Source of the DNA: Eledone cirrhosa
Lineage: Eukaryota
DNA: 64,000 nt
Direction of reading: 5' to 3'
Assembly: GCA_964016885.1 (NCBI GenBank)
Contig: OZ024741.1
Span: 384,090,001 to 384,154,000 of the forward strand
In this document: positions 52,132 to 64,000 of the stretch, one piece after another
Numbering within the stretch: position 1 is the first letter of the stretch
Layout: every line of letters starts with the position of its first letter
The notes under the pieces: generated by a model
Databases searched by the model: none
The model's input: only the letters and a program-made list of their open reading frames with translations
What the model was told of the DNA's origin: nothing
Program-made: the position numbers and the translations under genes

Positions 52132-54761
52132 ATAAGTGTCACTGAGGCCCTATCCCAGAAAGACATAGCTTCCTTTTGGAGCAAAATGTGGGGTGAAAAG
52201 AAGAATTTCAACCAAGATGCAGTGTGGCTAAGAGAAATCCGAAATAACTAGGGCTCCTACACTACAAAACATACGAAATAAGTGAGGGTACCCTGTAGAC
52301 TGTGATAGGAAAACTCCAAGATAAGAAAACACCAGGAAGAGACATGATTGTCGGCTACTGGTACAAAAAACTGATATTCTATCGGAGGTATCTTACTGAC
52401 CTCTACCAACAAGTTCTTAGGGGAGATACACTTATACCAGAATGGTTGACATTAGCACAAACATTACTGGTCCCCAAGAACAAAGACACCAACTTGGCAA
52501 AAAACTACCGACCTATTGTATATGATGTATACAGCCTGCCTGAAACTATTCCTCCAAGATCACTGTGAAAATAATAACATCATCACAGATGAACAAGCAG
52601 CTGCAAAGAAAGGGGTTTGGGGATGTGCTGAACAACTCCTAATCAACAAAACTGCGATGTCGGAGGTGCGACAAATTAGGAGGAATATGGCTACAGTCTG
52701 GCTGGACTACAGGAAAGCTTTCGATTCTGTTCCCCACTCTTGGATGATAGAGGCGCTCCAGCTTGCTAAAGTCCCAGACATTATTGTGAGAGCCATAGAG
52801 AGGCTGTCTTCTTCTTGAGCTACTATCCTAAGGTTAAAGACAGAGAGGGAGGACTCTATTTTCACTGATAAAATAAAATACTGCAGGGGTATATTTCAGG
52901 GGGGCAGTCTCTCTGTGATATTATTCATCTTGTCATTAAACCCCTTGTCCTTTCTGCTCAAGAAATGTGAGGGATACATCATTGGCTCACAGGAGGACAG
53001 AAATACGAACCTAACCCATAATTTCTTTGTGGACGATCTGAAACTCTATGCCAAGAACATGGATGGCATGAAGGAAAATCTTGACCTGGTTACAACGTTC
53101 TCAAAGGACATAGGAATGGAGTTTGGCCAAGATAAATGCTCATACATGACTGTAAAGCGGGGAAAAACAACAACCCAGTCTAGCAACATTGTCATCAATG
53201 GCCTAACTGTTTCACCGATATCTTATGAGGACTGCTACAGATACCTGGGGATAGATGAGAACATATCCTATAATGGTATCTGTAATAAAGAACGCGTAAC
53301 CAGTCAATACTACACCCGATTAAGAAAGATCTGGTCATCGGAACTCTCTGCGCAAAACAAAACAGTGGCTCACAATGTGTTTGCGGTGCCTGTCCTAACA
53401 CCAACGTTTGGAATACTCAATTGGACGATAGACGAAATCCGAGCAGTTGATGTTGGAACTCGAAAAATACTAAACAACACCGGAAACTTCCACATCAACA
53501 GTGACATAGACCGACTGCCTTTACTTGAAACGTAAGCAGGGAGGCAGAAGCCTAACATCAGTCCAGAAAACATTTGAATGTCGTATCATATCTCTCCGAC
53601 AACATCTACGAATCTCGAAGCGTAGGAGCCCATTTCTCGAGCAAGTCTATCTGCATGAAACAGATAAGATCATGAGAGTTGGGAAAGAACTCCTCGAGAG
53701 ATATTCCCTGTGTGATAATCAAAGACTCACACCCAGGGAAGTCGCTAAGCAGTATCGCAGTGAATCCATGGATGAAAAACTGTATGCTTATCAGCAAAAT
53801 ATCATGCACGTATATGTTGCCAGGAAGCTCCAGAGTGAGAGTAATATAGATAAGGAAAGTAGTCTATCTTGGACCAACAACCGCTATATTGGCTTCCACT
53901 TTGAAGGATACGCTTTTGCAATCCAAGAACAGGAGATTAACACGAAATACCTGATTCAGAAAAGAGATAGTGCAGACTCTCAGACTCTGCAGACTCTGGA
54001 GACTCTGCAGAACTAACATCGAGCATATCACCCATGTCATCAGCAGCTGTCCAAAGATGTCATCACGGTACTATCTACCTATGAGGCATGATGTAGTGGC
54101 CAAAACACTGTACAATGCAGTTCGTAAAAAAGATAGCCCCGATAATAAACACATTAAAAGCTACAGCAATGTGGAAGACATCCATGTACATAATATGAAA
54201 GAGTACTGGTGGAATGTTCCAGTAAAAACCCCAATAAAATGCACGTATAACAGACCATATATTATGATATGGGATGGGGAGAAGCAAGCATGCACAGTAG
54301 TGGAAATTAGCTGCCCAGCAGATGCCAATATAATTTCAAAGATTAGCGAAAAGGAGAATATTTATGCAGAATTGATGAGAAATCTGCAGATACTCCACCC
54401 TGATTACACCTTCAGATTTATACCTGTGATTATTGGGGCACTGGGGTATGTTAGTAACTGCCTCAATACAAATCTTGAGAAGCTAGGCTTCACAGGAACA
54501 GAAAGAACACAACTAGTTAGGAAATTACAAGTACAATCCATTAATGGAACAGTAAAAAATATGTAAAACATTCCAAATATATTGCATCTAATAACTGCAT
54601 ATACACATGTACAGATACAAAGCATATACACATGCAGACATGCATACATAATCTACCTAGTTGATGGTGTGTAAATTCCAATGAGAGAGACTTGTGTCTA
54701 TGTTGGAAACCGACTCTCTCTCCATTGGTAAAACTTTGTGAAATTATAAAACCAGAAGAAC

Positions 54762-54762
<1 letters not shown>
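52132..54762 (+). mobile_element. 5'-truncated R4/Dong-like non-LTR retrotransposon (RT, CCHC, restriction-like endonuclease), frameshifted
   Basis: TPGRD..GYWYK, NYRPI, GCAEQLLIN, WLDYRKAFDSVPHSW, GIFQGGSLS, HNFFVDDLKLY, YRYLG, AIQEQEINT, RHD, RPYIMIWD, VVEISCP, PVIIGALG. Confidence 0.9.
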
Positions 54763-54792
<30 letters not shown>

Positions 54793-54934
54793 CATACATA
54801 CATACATACATACATACATACATACATACATACATACCCACCCACCCACCCACTCGAACACTTTTTTTTAAAGTGTGATTGAGTTTTATAAACAGTAATT
54901 AATTATTAAATGCATTTCTATTACACACACGCAC

Positions 54935-54996
<62 letters not shown>

Positions 54997-55394
54997 TCGG
55001 TTACCCTATTTGTATTCAAATATAAGTTAATTGTATACTTTGGCTGCTAGCACATTCTTGATATATATGTATATTTCTTCCTTAACTATCAACACGAGCG
55101 CTAATTATATGCAAATTAATATACCCATTTCAAAATAATGCAAAGAGCGAATGGTATATAAGCTCATCAAATACGTATTTTCTTGAGGTTGTTTGGATGA
55201 TATACACACCTGATGAGTGTTCAACTAGGTTCGAAAACCGATATAAGGTTTTTATCATGTTTCTCAATTTATAGGGAAATTGAGAAATATGTATATTCAT
55301 ATACTCATTGGTGCAGCCGCGGTTACGTACTTTGTATGTATACAGATATAACTTTAACTTACACTCCACTTCTTAATAAATATATATATATATA

Positions 55395-55965
55395 GTACAA
55401 TTAAATAGCCCTAAGAAAAAAGCTTTTCCGAGCCGTGTAATATAATTGAATAAACAAGAGAGATGAACACTAACACATGTATGTTTATATTAGTGTTCAT
55501 CTCTCTTGTTATATTCTCTTGTATATTCTCTTGTATATTACACGACTCGGAAAAACTTTTTTCTTTCTCCATTATGTAGAGCTAATTTTAATGTCATGTT
55601 AACCAGGCTGCTATTTTTAGCGGCATAGGATTTTGAGACATGCTGGGCTCCGAAGACACGTGCGATAATTCTTATCGCACACAATTCAGTCTTCTAATAT
55701 TTTTAGAAATGGAAGGATCACTAATTTCTCAACAACTACTGAAGAGCAAAGAAAAGTGTGGACTTCACTTAATAAGATGTTGCGAAACTGTATTTGTTAC
55801 CAGGCGATGGCCCAACATAAGTCTGTATTTTTCTTAATTTACTACTTAAAATTAAGTCTGACAAACCATATTGCTGTAGTTAGTATTTTTTCCCCCTAGC
55901 AAAACTAGTCCTTACAATTCGAACACATGTATGTTTATATTAGTGTTCATCTCTCTTGTTTATTC

Positions 55966-55970
<5 letters not shown>
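55395..55970. mobile_element. (AT)n-flanked fold-back element with hammerhead-like core
   Basis: Inverted repeat 55413-55472 / 55490-55565 and a direct repeat at 55922-55970. aacta CTGAAGA gcaa..ttgc GAAAC at 55734-55788. Confidence 0.55.
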
Positions 55971-56036
<66 letters not shown>

Positions 56037-56081
56037 GGTTTAGGAATAACCAAAGAGTGCTTAGAAATACATTGTTTTATT

Positions 56082-56128
56082 AGCTAACAGTGTTTCATCC
56101 GTACTCTAAGGCACGAATCATCAGAGCC
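56082..56128 (-). ncRNA. Minimal hammerhead ribozyme motif (resembles 18425)
   Basis: ggct CTGATGA ttcgtgc-cttaga-gtacgga t GAAAC act GTT agct. Confidence 0.68.
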
Positions 56129-56465
56129 TATAAACAAGAGTATATCAATAGTTGCATACTCCATCAAGCTGCGTCACCAGAACAAGGTTAAAGGGCCAGC
56201 AGGGGGGGTCCCGAGGCCAGCGCTATTATAGAAAGAGACACAATACATGACGCATATAATGTCATAAAATGTCATAAAAAATGTCATAAAAAATGTCATA
56301 AAAAATTACATCAAAGATCACATCAAAAATGTATCATTTACATGGTGCAATAGATGATAAGAAGGTTGGGAGAGGGTAGCAAGGAATGAGTGAAAGGGTT
56401 ACTCAGCATGATCAAAAACAATAAAAAGACAATAAAAAACGCAGAAACAATATATATATATATAT

Positions 56466-56658
56466 AGGAAAAAGTATGACCCCGACGGCAGAGCTCAAGC
56501 CGTTTCGACGGCTATTTCAGTCCAGAAATAGCCGTCGAAACGGCTTGAGCTCTGCCGTCGGGGTCATACTTTTTCCTATTTCCCACTCTACTACCCTAAG
56601 TATTGAGTACTCTGGTGCGTTATGGTCCATCTGGTTCCTTACCACAATTCCTTTGTTA
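56466..56658. repeat. Short fold-back family D (also 5944-6018, 36632-36773)
   Basis: ~55 bp hairpin plus ~80 bp tail. It keeps only the 3' half of a hammerhead: GAAAC ggc-ttgagctct-gcc GTC. Confidence 0.75.
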
Positions 56659-56819
56659 TATATATATACGAAATTCCTATGCATATCTGTATACAGCTAT
56701 GCTTGAAGCTAAATCCTAATTATAAGTTAAACCAACTTATGCAGCTTCATATGCAAATGAGATTAATCATCTCATTTACACAGACGAGAAATTCAAGTCC
56801 AGCAGTAGATTGTGGGAGG

Positions 56820-56865
56820 AATCGTCCTGATGAGGATCACTTAAGTCCGAAATGTATCGACGATT
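56820..56865 (+). ncRNA. Type I hammerhead ribozyme
   Basis: aatcgtc CTGATGA ggat-cacttaa-gtcc GAAA tgta TC gacgatt, with a perfect 7-bp stem I. Confidence 0.85.
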
Positions 56866-57029
56866 GCTTCTGCTGGACACCACCTGAGGGCGTTAGCCCC
56901 GGTGTTATTTGCATAGCTACGGCTTTCTAGATGTTTACCTGTAAACATACCGTGTTTCTTTAGAAATACGAAATTTCTGTACATATATATGTGTGTGTGG
57001 TTGTGTGTGTGTGTGTGTGTGTGTATGTC

Positions 57030-57162
<133 letters not shown>

Positions 57163-57284
57163 AGTAAACGAATAAACATCAAGACAAAACAATACAGTAC
57201 AATGATGATATATATTAGTTTAATGTTTGATAGACGAGGAAAAGAGTCTTAAGGTTTCAGATGTTAATCCTTCATTGGAAGATA

Positions 57285-57537
57285 GAATGGTACTTTTTTT
57301 TATCGACACCGGAAGGAGCAAGAGCAAAGTTGCTCTCGGTACGTTGGGAACTCAGAACCTAAAGAGCTGTAACTAAATGCCGCTTACCATTTTGTCTGAC
57401 TCTCTATCAATTCTGCCAATCAGCTGCCATGAACACTCGAAATAATTGTTTCTACTTTTGGCACAAGGCCAGCAAATACCCAGTGCATTACTGGTACTTT
57501 ATTTTATCGACCCCGTAAGGATGAAAGGCAAAGTCAA
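57285..57537 (-). mobile_element. SINE S1 copies (one degenerate, one 3' fragment)
   Basis: Core motif in reverse orientation. Confidence 0.7.
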
Positions 57538-58103
57538 GATGTGACAAGACCTTCACTGTCTTGCATTCAAATGCTTCCATCATAAACTATTTGTGTGTGA
57601 GTGTATTAAAAATAACAACTAGTGAACTCGTGTTGTCAATAATGGCGGCAATAGCATTGAATGTATTTGACTTTTGGAGTCCGGGATTGATATGCCATAT
57701 ATATCAGGATTGTCAGATATATGGACAATCCTTCAACCTGATAAATTCATGGTTTGAATGATAGAAGCCCTATAGTTTATTATGATTTCCGACAAGTGGA
57801 AGTAACTAAAGACACGAATTATATTTTATTAATTTATCTCTAATATATAAAACATACGACTTCAGCATATATGTATGATACAAATGCAGAATTAAAAGTG
57901 TAAGTTTGGAGAAATAGCTATTTACAAAGAGAAATATAGGATTAGAAACCAAGACATTCAGATTGGAAAGCGGACGTTTTACTGTAGCAATATAACTGAG
58001 ATAGGAAATACAGTGTGTGTGTGTATGTGTGTATGAGTAATTTTTAAAGAGTTATCGTTATGTATGTATATATATATACATATATGTGTGTGTGTGTGCG
58101 TGT

Positions 58104-58166
<63 letters not shown>

Positions 58167-58630
58167 GTTTAAAAGAGTTATCGATATGTATATATACATA
58201 TATATATGTGTGTGTGTGCACATATATATATATATATGTGTATGTATATATATATATACATGACGTCTTAATATGGTGGATAATATACCAAAGCTGTATT
58301 CAGCTAATAATATTCCTACTCGACTAATGTTGAACTCTGTCTTATTTGAAATCAATATTTCAGTCAAACTTTTAAGGGTCATGGATAACTACATACCTAC
58401 ATTCATACATACCTACTGATATACACACGTATATACACACACACATATTATACATACATACATATATACATACATGTGTATTTGTATAAATATGTCAATA
58501 TATATATACACATATGTATATTTAAATATGTAAAAATACGTATATACATATGTATAGATAGTCGCACACACACATGCATACATATACACTCACACATATA
58601 TATGTGTGTGTGTATGAGTAATATATACGA

Positions 58631-58706
<76 letters not shown>

Positions 58707-58731
58707 GTATATATTATTCATGTATATATAC

Positions 58732-58793
<62 letters not shown>

Positions 58794-59559
58794 GTATATA
58801 CCGTCTGGGTTGATCAGCATTTCTTTATAAAGTTTCGCCTTGTTTTCGACCTTTCCGACCAACGGTTTCTTCTCATTGTTTTTTTTTCTGTTGTTGTTGT
58901 TGTTGTTTCTCTGAATAATGCATACACTTCGTCTATGTCATCCGTCTCGAGCTGGAGCAAAGGTGTAGAAGCACCACCTCTCTGTATTTCAGATCTTCGA
59001 CCCATTTCTTTATTAGCAATTTTCTTCACATCATATCGATTTGGTACCTTTTTGTATTTTGACGATATTATCAAAGCTGAACGATACGAAGAGCAGAACA
59101 AAGCACCCGAACAGCAGTCAAAATACAAAAGAACAAAAGCTTATAAGTCAAAATAGAACTAGTAGAAACTTACTTTTAGAACAATAATAATCACAACTAT
59201 TTCAATTCTATCCGTAAAAATGGAGGTGAAGAACTGAAAAACATACAGTACAATCAAAGATAAGATCAGCAACTTTCATACAAAGATAGTTGAAGTACAC
59301 GGAAAAATCATTTGAAACATCTTAACATTAAATTCCCACATAACCGAAAACAATATAAAATTGTCGCGGGTGGTCCGCCGGGGGCGGATACTCACTGAGA
59401 AAAGAAGAGATAGAAAACCACATTAAAAATCATTCTCAGTCAAACCATAGCCTAATGTCTGAAGAAAAATAGGACATATAAAGTATTTGAAAAAGAACGA
59501 AATAATCACAACAGGAAGACATTTGATTAAAAGTATGTTCGATCACAGATTACGTTGCA

Positions 59560-60003
59560 CTAAACAACAGCAACTGGCAGTTGTAGCAATAACTTCTAGG
59601 GAAAATGTTTGCTAAAATATTGCTCAACCATCTTCTAGTCCTGTCGGAAAAAATGTTGCCGGGATCTTAGTGTGGGATTCGGGTCTCCAGAGGAAGAATT
59701 GAAATGATTTTCAATGTAACAGGGGGAATTTAGAGAACGGTTGTGTCTCTTGCTTGTCTTCTATGATCTTGATAAGGCTTTCGACACAGTACTATACACA
59801 GCTATGTGGATGGTGCTGAAGTAATTCATGGTGACATGGTAGCATGAGTGGCAGATGAAAACAACACCTCAAAAGATTTCCTAACCGCCAACCGCTTAAA
59901 ACAAGGATGTGTACTTGCTCCAGCCTGGTTTTCCCTATACCTTGCTGCCATGCTTCATGACATTTCACCTACCAACCCTGGTGTAGGGATCAAGTTCCGC
60001 TTG
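59560..60003 (+). pseudogene. Decayed RTE-clade LINE reverse transcriptase fragment
   Basis: KMFAKILLNHL..EKMLPGS*CGIR..RG..EMIF, YDLDKAFDTV, LKQGCVLAPAWFSLY. Confidence 0.78.
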
Positions 60004-60259
60004 ATTTGTACAAACATCGATTTATACAAACAGGTCGAACACTGACATAGACTATCTCGAAAGGACATGAATCGATAAAAATCGATAAAAATCTTCGATA
60101 GGTTTCTGGGATTCCGTGAAGATTCGTAACGGGTAGCATAATGTATATGCAAGTCATAGATGCAGCTATTGATGGAAGAGGAATATCCCTCGGTCGGCAG
60201 GTTTTCGTTCCGGAATATCCGACTTGGTCCGGTCGCTAGAAGATACTGTTTAGTTGTAA

Positions 60260-60443
60260 ATTCGCACAGACTCAGACCCGAACACACGAACACACACCAA
60301 AACACGCATGCAAACGCATGCGCAAACAAAGATAACAGTAAATAAATCAAATAAATGATAGAATAAGTAAACATTACAATACAACGGGAGGAAACATAAT
60401 AATATGACTGATGATGTCACAGGTATGTGACGAAAGAACTCTG

Positions 60444-60508
<65 letters not shown>

Positions 60509-60625
60509 CTATAGGTATATAAAATATACGAAAGCGAAAACCGACCAAAACCAAACAGTGAGTTTGTTTTATTATATATTTCTGGCAATATTATAACAAC
60601 ATGATCCTGCCCCAATATAACAATA
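60260..60625 (+). mobile_element. Pseudo-LTR of the same PLE family as 23917-24748, with hammerhead core at 60408-60443
   Basis: CTGATGA t gtcaca-ggta-tgtgac GAAA gaac TC. Tail aagcgaaaacc..ccaaacagtgag..tctggcaatatt is shared with 24604-24700. Confidence 0.65.
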
Positions 60626-61333
60626 TATATAGATATATAAGAGAGTATTGAAGTTTGCTTGAAGCATTGTGGAATAATAAGTAAATATCTTTAAGTCGTT
60701 TGGAAGCCTCGACAATGCAAATGGGTAAATCTCCGGGTAACAAGATCCGGTGGTGGAGAGAGAGATGTAGGTGGGTGTACGTTGAGATGCGTGATGTGTA
60801 TAAGATTTGTAAGATGTGTAGAATGAAGGGAAAAGTATAAAGGATAAAATAAAAATAACAACACAAGAGAGAGTTACCTTGGGAGAGATTTAATAGTCCC
60901 TATATATTTCGGATTCACATCCATCAACTGGGGGTTTTTCCGGGGTGGGGGTAAAGGTTGTCTGTCGGACAGGTGCGAAACGCGTCCTCCGCTGTTTGTT
61001 GTTTTGAATATCTGAGGTATTTGGCAGAGCGCGCGTGGGCGTGAAATGGGGTCGGTCGGGCAGAGGTCAGCGGCCGAATGAGGGAGTAGGATGGCGCTAG
61101 CTGTCAGTCCATTCTCTGCCTGTTTGTTAAATGTTACTGTGTGTGTGTGTGCGTGTGTTGTTGTGTCGCTTGAGTGTGTGTGTGTGTGTGCGTGTGTTGT
61201 TGCCTTGTTCCTCTGTATTGGCAGTGTAGTATGTTCGTATGGTGGAATGCTACCGTGTGTGTGTGTGTGTAGTTGTCTCGTTTGTGTGTGTGTGTGTGTG
61301 CGTGTGTTGTGTGTTGCTGAATCATTTGTTAAC

Positions 61334-62645
61334 TTAAACCAGCCATCTCATTTCGCTTCTCTCTGATCGGTTGTTTATTTGCGGTTGCAGACGTTTGATA
61401 AAAAGCGCTTCCTTGATACGTAACGTGCCGACGTTTCTTTCAGTCGCTAGAATTGTGACAATGGGCCTTCCGTCTTTGTTTCCGCATTTGTCTATGTGTT
61501 TCCGGAAAGACGAGGCCCTGGTTTTAGTGTGTTCCTTGATCCGGATGTGCAAAGGTCGGATTGTGCTACCTATGTAGTATTGGTTGCACCTGACACATTC
61601 TATCTTATACACGACGTATGTGCGTAGGCAACAGTTCGCATGGCGTATCGGGCAGTCTCTGAGGGAGCATGCGTCAGTAGATTTCCCTGGTTTCCTGGAG
61701 AGGCATCTTCGCAGGGAGGGGCCCGAGTGGGCCAGGGGGATGTCGAGGCCCTCCCTCCGTATAGCCTTGCGGATAGCGTTGGTATGAGTGACACCACTCG
61801 CGGGATCGCTGCATCTGTTTTTGATTCGCGCGATCTCGTTCGTGATGTATCCTCTTTTGGCACTGTTAGGGAGGGCGGACTTGTAGTGAACGAACAGGTC
61901 CCTGCAGGCTGCCTTTCGGTAGAAGTTGCAGTGGATCCTTCCCTGTTCCGTGATGTTGATTCGGAAGTCGAGGAGGGCAAGTGACCCGTCTTCGTTGGGG
62001 TGTTCAACACTGAAGTCAATGTTCTCGTCCGTGTTGTTGAACGTCTCATAGATTCTGTTCGCCATGTCTTGGGAAGATGTGAGGATGAGGATATCGTCCA
62101 CGTACCTTGAGAAAAAGGCTACGGCGTTGGGGTGGCAGGCGTTGAGTGCCTTGCGTTCGAGGTTGTCCATGTAAGAGATTGCTAGCACACCTGATAGGCT
62201 TGATCCCATGGGCAATCCCGAGGTTTGTTGGTATGTTTGGTCAAGGAATCCGAAGTAGGTGTTGTCGACGACGATGGATAGGAGTTGGTAGATGTCAGTG
62301 GTGGTGAACCCGAAGCAGTGTAGGTCGGTGGATTGGACGCGTTCCATCAGTATATTGACGGCCGGGAGTGCCGGGACCGAGGTGTAGAGAGCGACTACAT
62401 CAAGGCTGAAGGCATATCTGTTATTCCTTCTGGTGTCGGGATCCATTTGATGCAGGCGCTTCAACACCTCCTCGGAGCTGTTAACGTGTCCCGGTAAGGT
62501 GTCTAAGATGGGTTTGAGTATTCTGGCTAGGAGCCATGAAATTTTGTAGAGTGGTCCCTCCACGCTCGATACGATGGGCCTGATCTTCAGGTCGGGTCCT
62601 TGTTTGTGTGTTTTCACGAGGTGGTAGAAGGCGGGTAGTCGGGTA
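61334..62645 (-). pseudogene. Penelope-like retroelement ORF (RT + GIY-YIG endonuclease), 5'-truncated with internal thumb deletion; 3'UTR/pLTR extends to ~60630
   Basis: FYHLVKTHK..IRPIVS, FSLDVVALYTSVP, GLPMGSSLS, RYVDD, LLDFRI, YRK, C..C..C...VVYKIEC..C..YYIGSTIRPLHIRIKEH, IKEALFIKRLQPQIN. Confidence 0.92.
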
Positions 62646-62689
62646 GATATATATATCGATCGATTTTCGTCAAATCGGACCGAGTAAAC

Positions 62690-63691
62690 AATGTTTTTTG
62701 GTTAGCTGTCCGCGTAGAGAAGGTCCTGAGTGGGCAAGTTGGATATCTAGTCCCTCTCGTCTGATAGCTCTGCGGATGGCTGTTGTTGTCTCGTCACTGA
62801 AGTGTGGGAGCTTCAGGAAGCAGGTGTTAGTGCCTCGGGTGTGGTGTCCTCTGTTCTTTCTTGCACGGTTCGTGGTGGACGTCGGGTATCCGTTCAGTTT
62901 GAACAGATACAAGCTAATTAGAACACTGGATTAACCACTTTATTCCCTCCGAAGAAGAGATAATATCTCGAAAATTAAGGTTATTTAAATAAATTTAAGG
63001 TAAAAGACTAATTACCAACAATATTTTTTGCATTTGCATTTATATTCTATATCCATACCTGCATTGTCTTGGCCTTACAACTACAAACGTTTATACCTCA
63101 TTACACAATGCTTCAAGTGAACTACAACTTCCTCCTTTCCTTACGCCTGAGCCAGGCCCAGTTCACAACTGTAAAGAAACTCTTCCAGCTATCTGAAAAG
63201 CGCGCCAAAGCCGGCTGCCAAATAAACTTCCTCAAACGATGCCTGAATAACAACATCATCCCCAAAGACACTCCACCAGACATGAGAGCCGCTGCAGGCT
63301 AGCCAACTGCCCCACTAACGACACAGCCCTATGCCACCAGGCTTACGTCGTATACAGATTAGAGTGCGCAAATGCAGCAATTTCTACGTAGGTAGCACCA
63401 CCAGACCACTTCACATAAGAATAAAAGAACACCTCAATACTAACGCTTCCTCATTTAAGAAACACCTAGTGAAATGCAAAAACACCGACAAAAACATAAC
63501 AGTTAGGATAGAATCTAAGGAAAGAATCCTCGGCAATCTTAGAATTAAGGAACCACTAATTATAGACAAAACACAACCACCAATCAATAACAGACTAGAA
63601 CTCAACACCCAATTTATAACATGATAGAGCACCTAACCCCACACTTACACCCCCTCTCACACACACGCACACGCATACACACACGCACACG

Positions 63692-63722
<31 letters not shown>

Positions 63723-64000
63723 ACACACACATGCTTACACCTCTACTTATTCTCTCTCATACACACACATACACACACATAGACCAGTTTTAACATGATA
63801 GAGCATCTAGCCCCCACATTTACGTATAGATATATCTTCTCACACTCACACACACACACACGCATACGTACGCCTTCACGTATTCTCCCACTCACTTAAA
63901 CATACATGTACAAAACCCCTTTTAAAGGAAGACTACGCTTTATCCACTTAACCTTCACTCTTTGACATTAGAGATAGAATGGAATCTCTATACCATTTCC
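62690..64000 (+). mobile_element. Internally deleted sister Penelope-like element: inverted linker fragment (62690-62910, -), pLTR with hammerhead, ORF N-terminus joined to GIY-YIG
   Basis: FKLNGYP..FLKLPHFSD..AIRREGL on the minus strand. MLQVNY..INFLKRCLNNNIIPK then FYVGSTTRPLHIRIKEH..IKEPLII..QPPINNR on the plus strand. Confidence 0.8.
62946..62980 (+). ncRNA. Minimal hammerhead motif (U4C variant) upstream of PLE ORF start
   Basis: cct CCGAAGA a gagat-aat-atctc GAAA at TA agg. Confidence 0.55.

Noticed and set aside
60898-60935. Hammerhead at the 3' pLTR of the 61.3 kb Penelope (ccc CAGTTGA t ggat-gtga-atcc GAAA tata TA ggg, minus strand)
   Set aside because: The stems fit, but two conserved core positions differ, so it is probably decayed and was not called as a ribozyme.

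Overview
Repeat-dominated, AT-rich eukaryotic DNA with no recognisable intact host gene. The SINE families and the density of (AT)n/(CA)n tracts suggest an octopus-like cephalopod genome, which is an inference. Protein-coding remnants are all transposable elements: a near-complete but frameshifted L1/Tx1-type LINE (1-3.7 kb) plus two decayed relatives, HERO- and CRE-like restriction-endonuclease LINE ends, two R4/Dong-like LINEs set in a (TACA)n tract, an RTE fragment, and several Penelope-like elements (PLEs; RT+GIY-YIG at 61.3-62.6 kb, Naiad- and Neptune-type fragments). There are about 20 copies of a tRNA-head SINE and a probable non-autonomous Helitron. The most striking signal is not in the ORF track. 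Most non-coding islands between (AT)n tracts carry a minimal type-I hammerhead ribozyme motif (roughly 30-35 copies in about 15 sequence families, counted by eye). These sit in fold-back palindromes and/or 355-540 nt head-to-tail repeats resembling retrozymes or PLE pseudo-LTRs. Three unrelated families use a compensated U3-A8 catalytic core, and several have large insertions in stem II. Most short ORFs in the track are microsatellite translations. Coordinates were read by eye, and element boundaries may be off by some bases.
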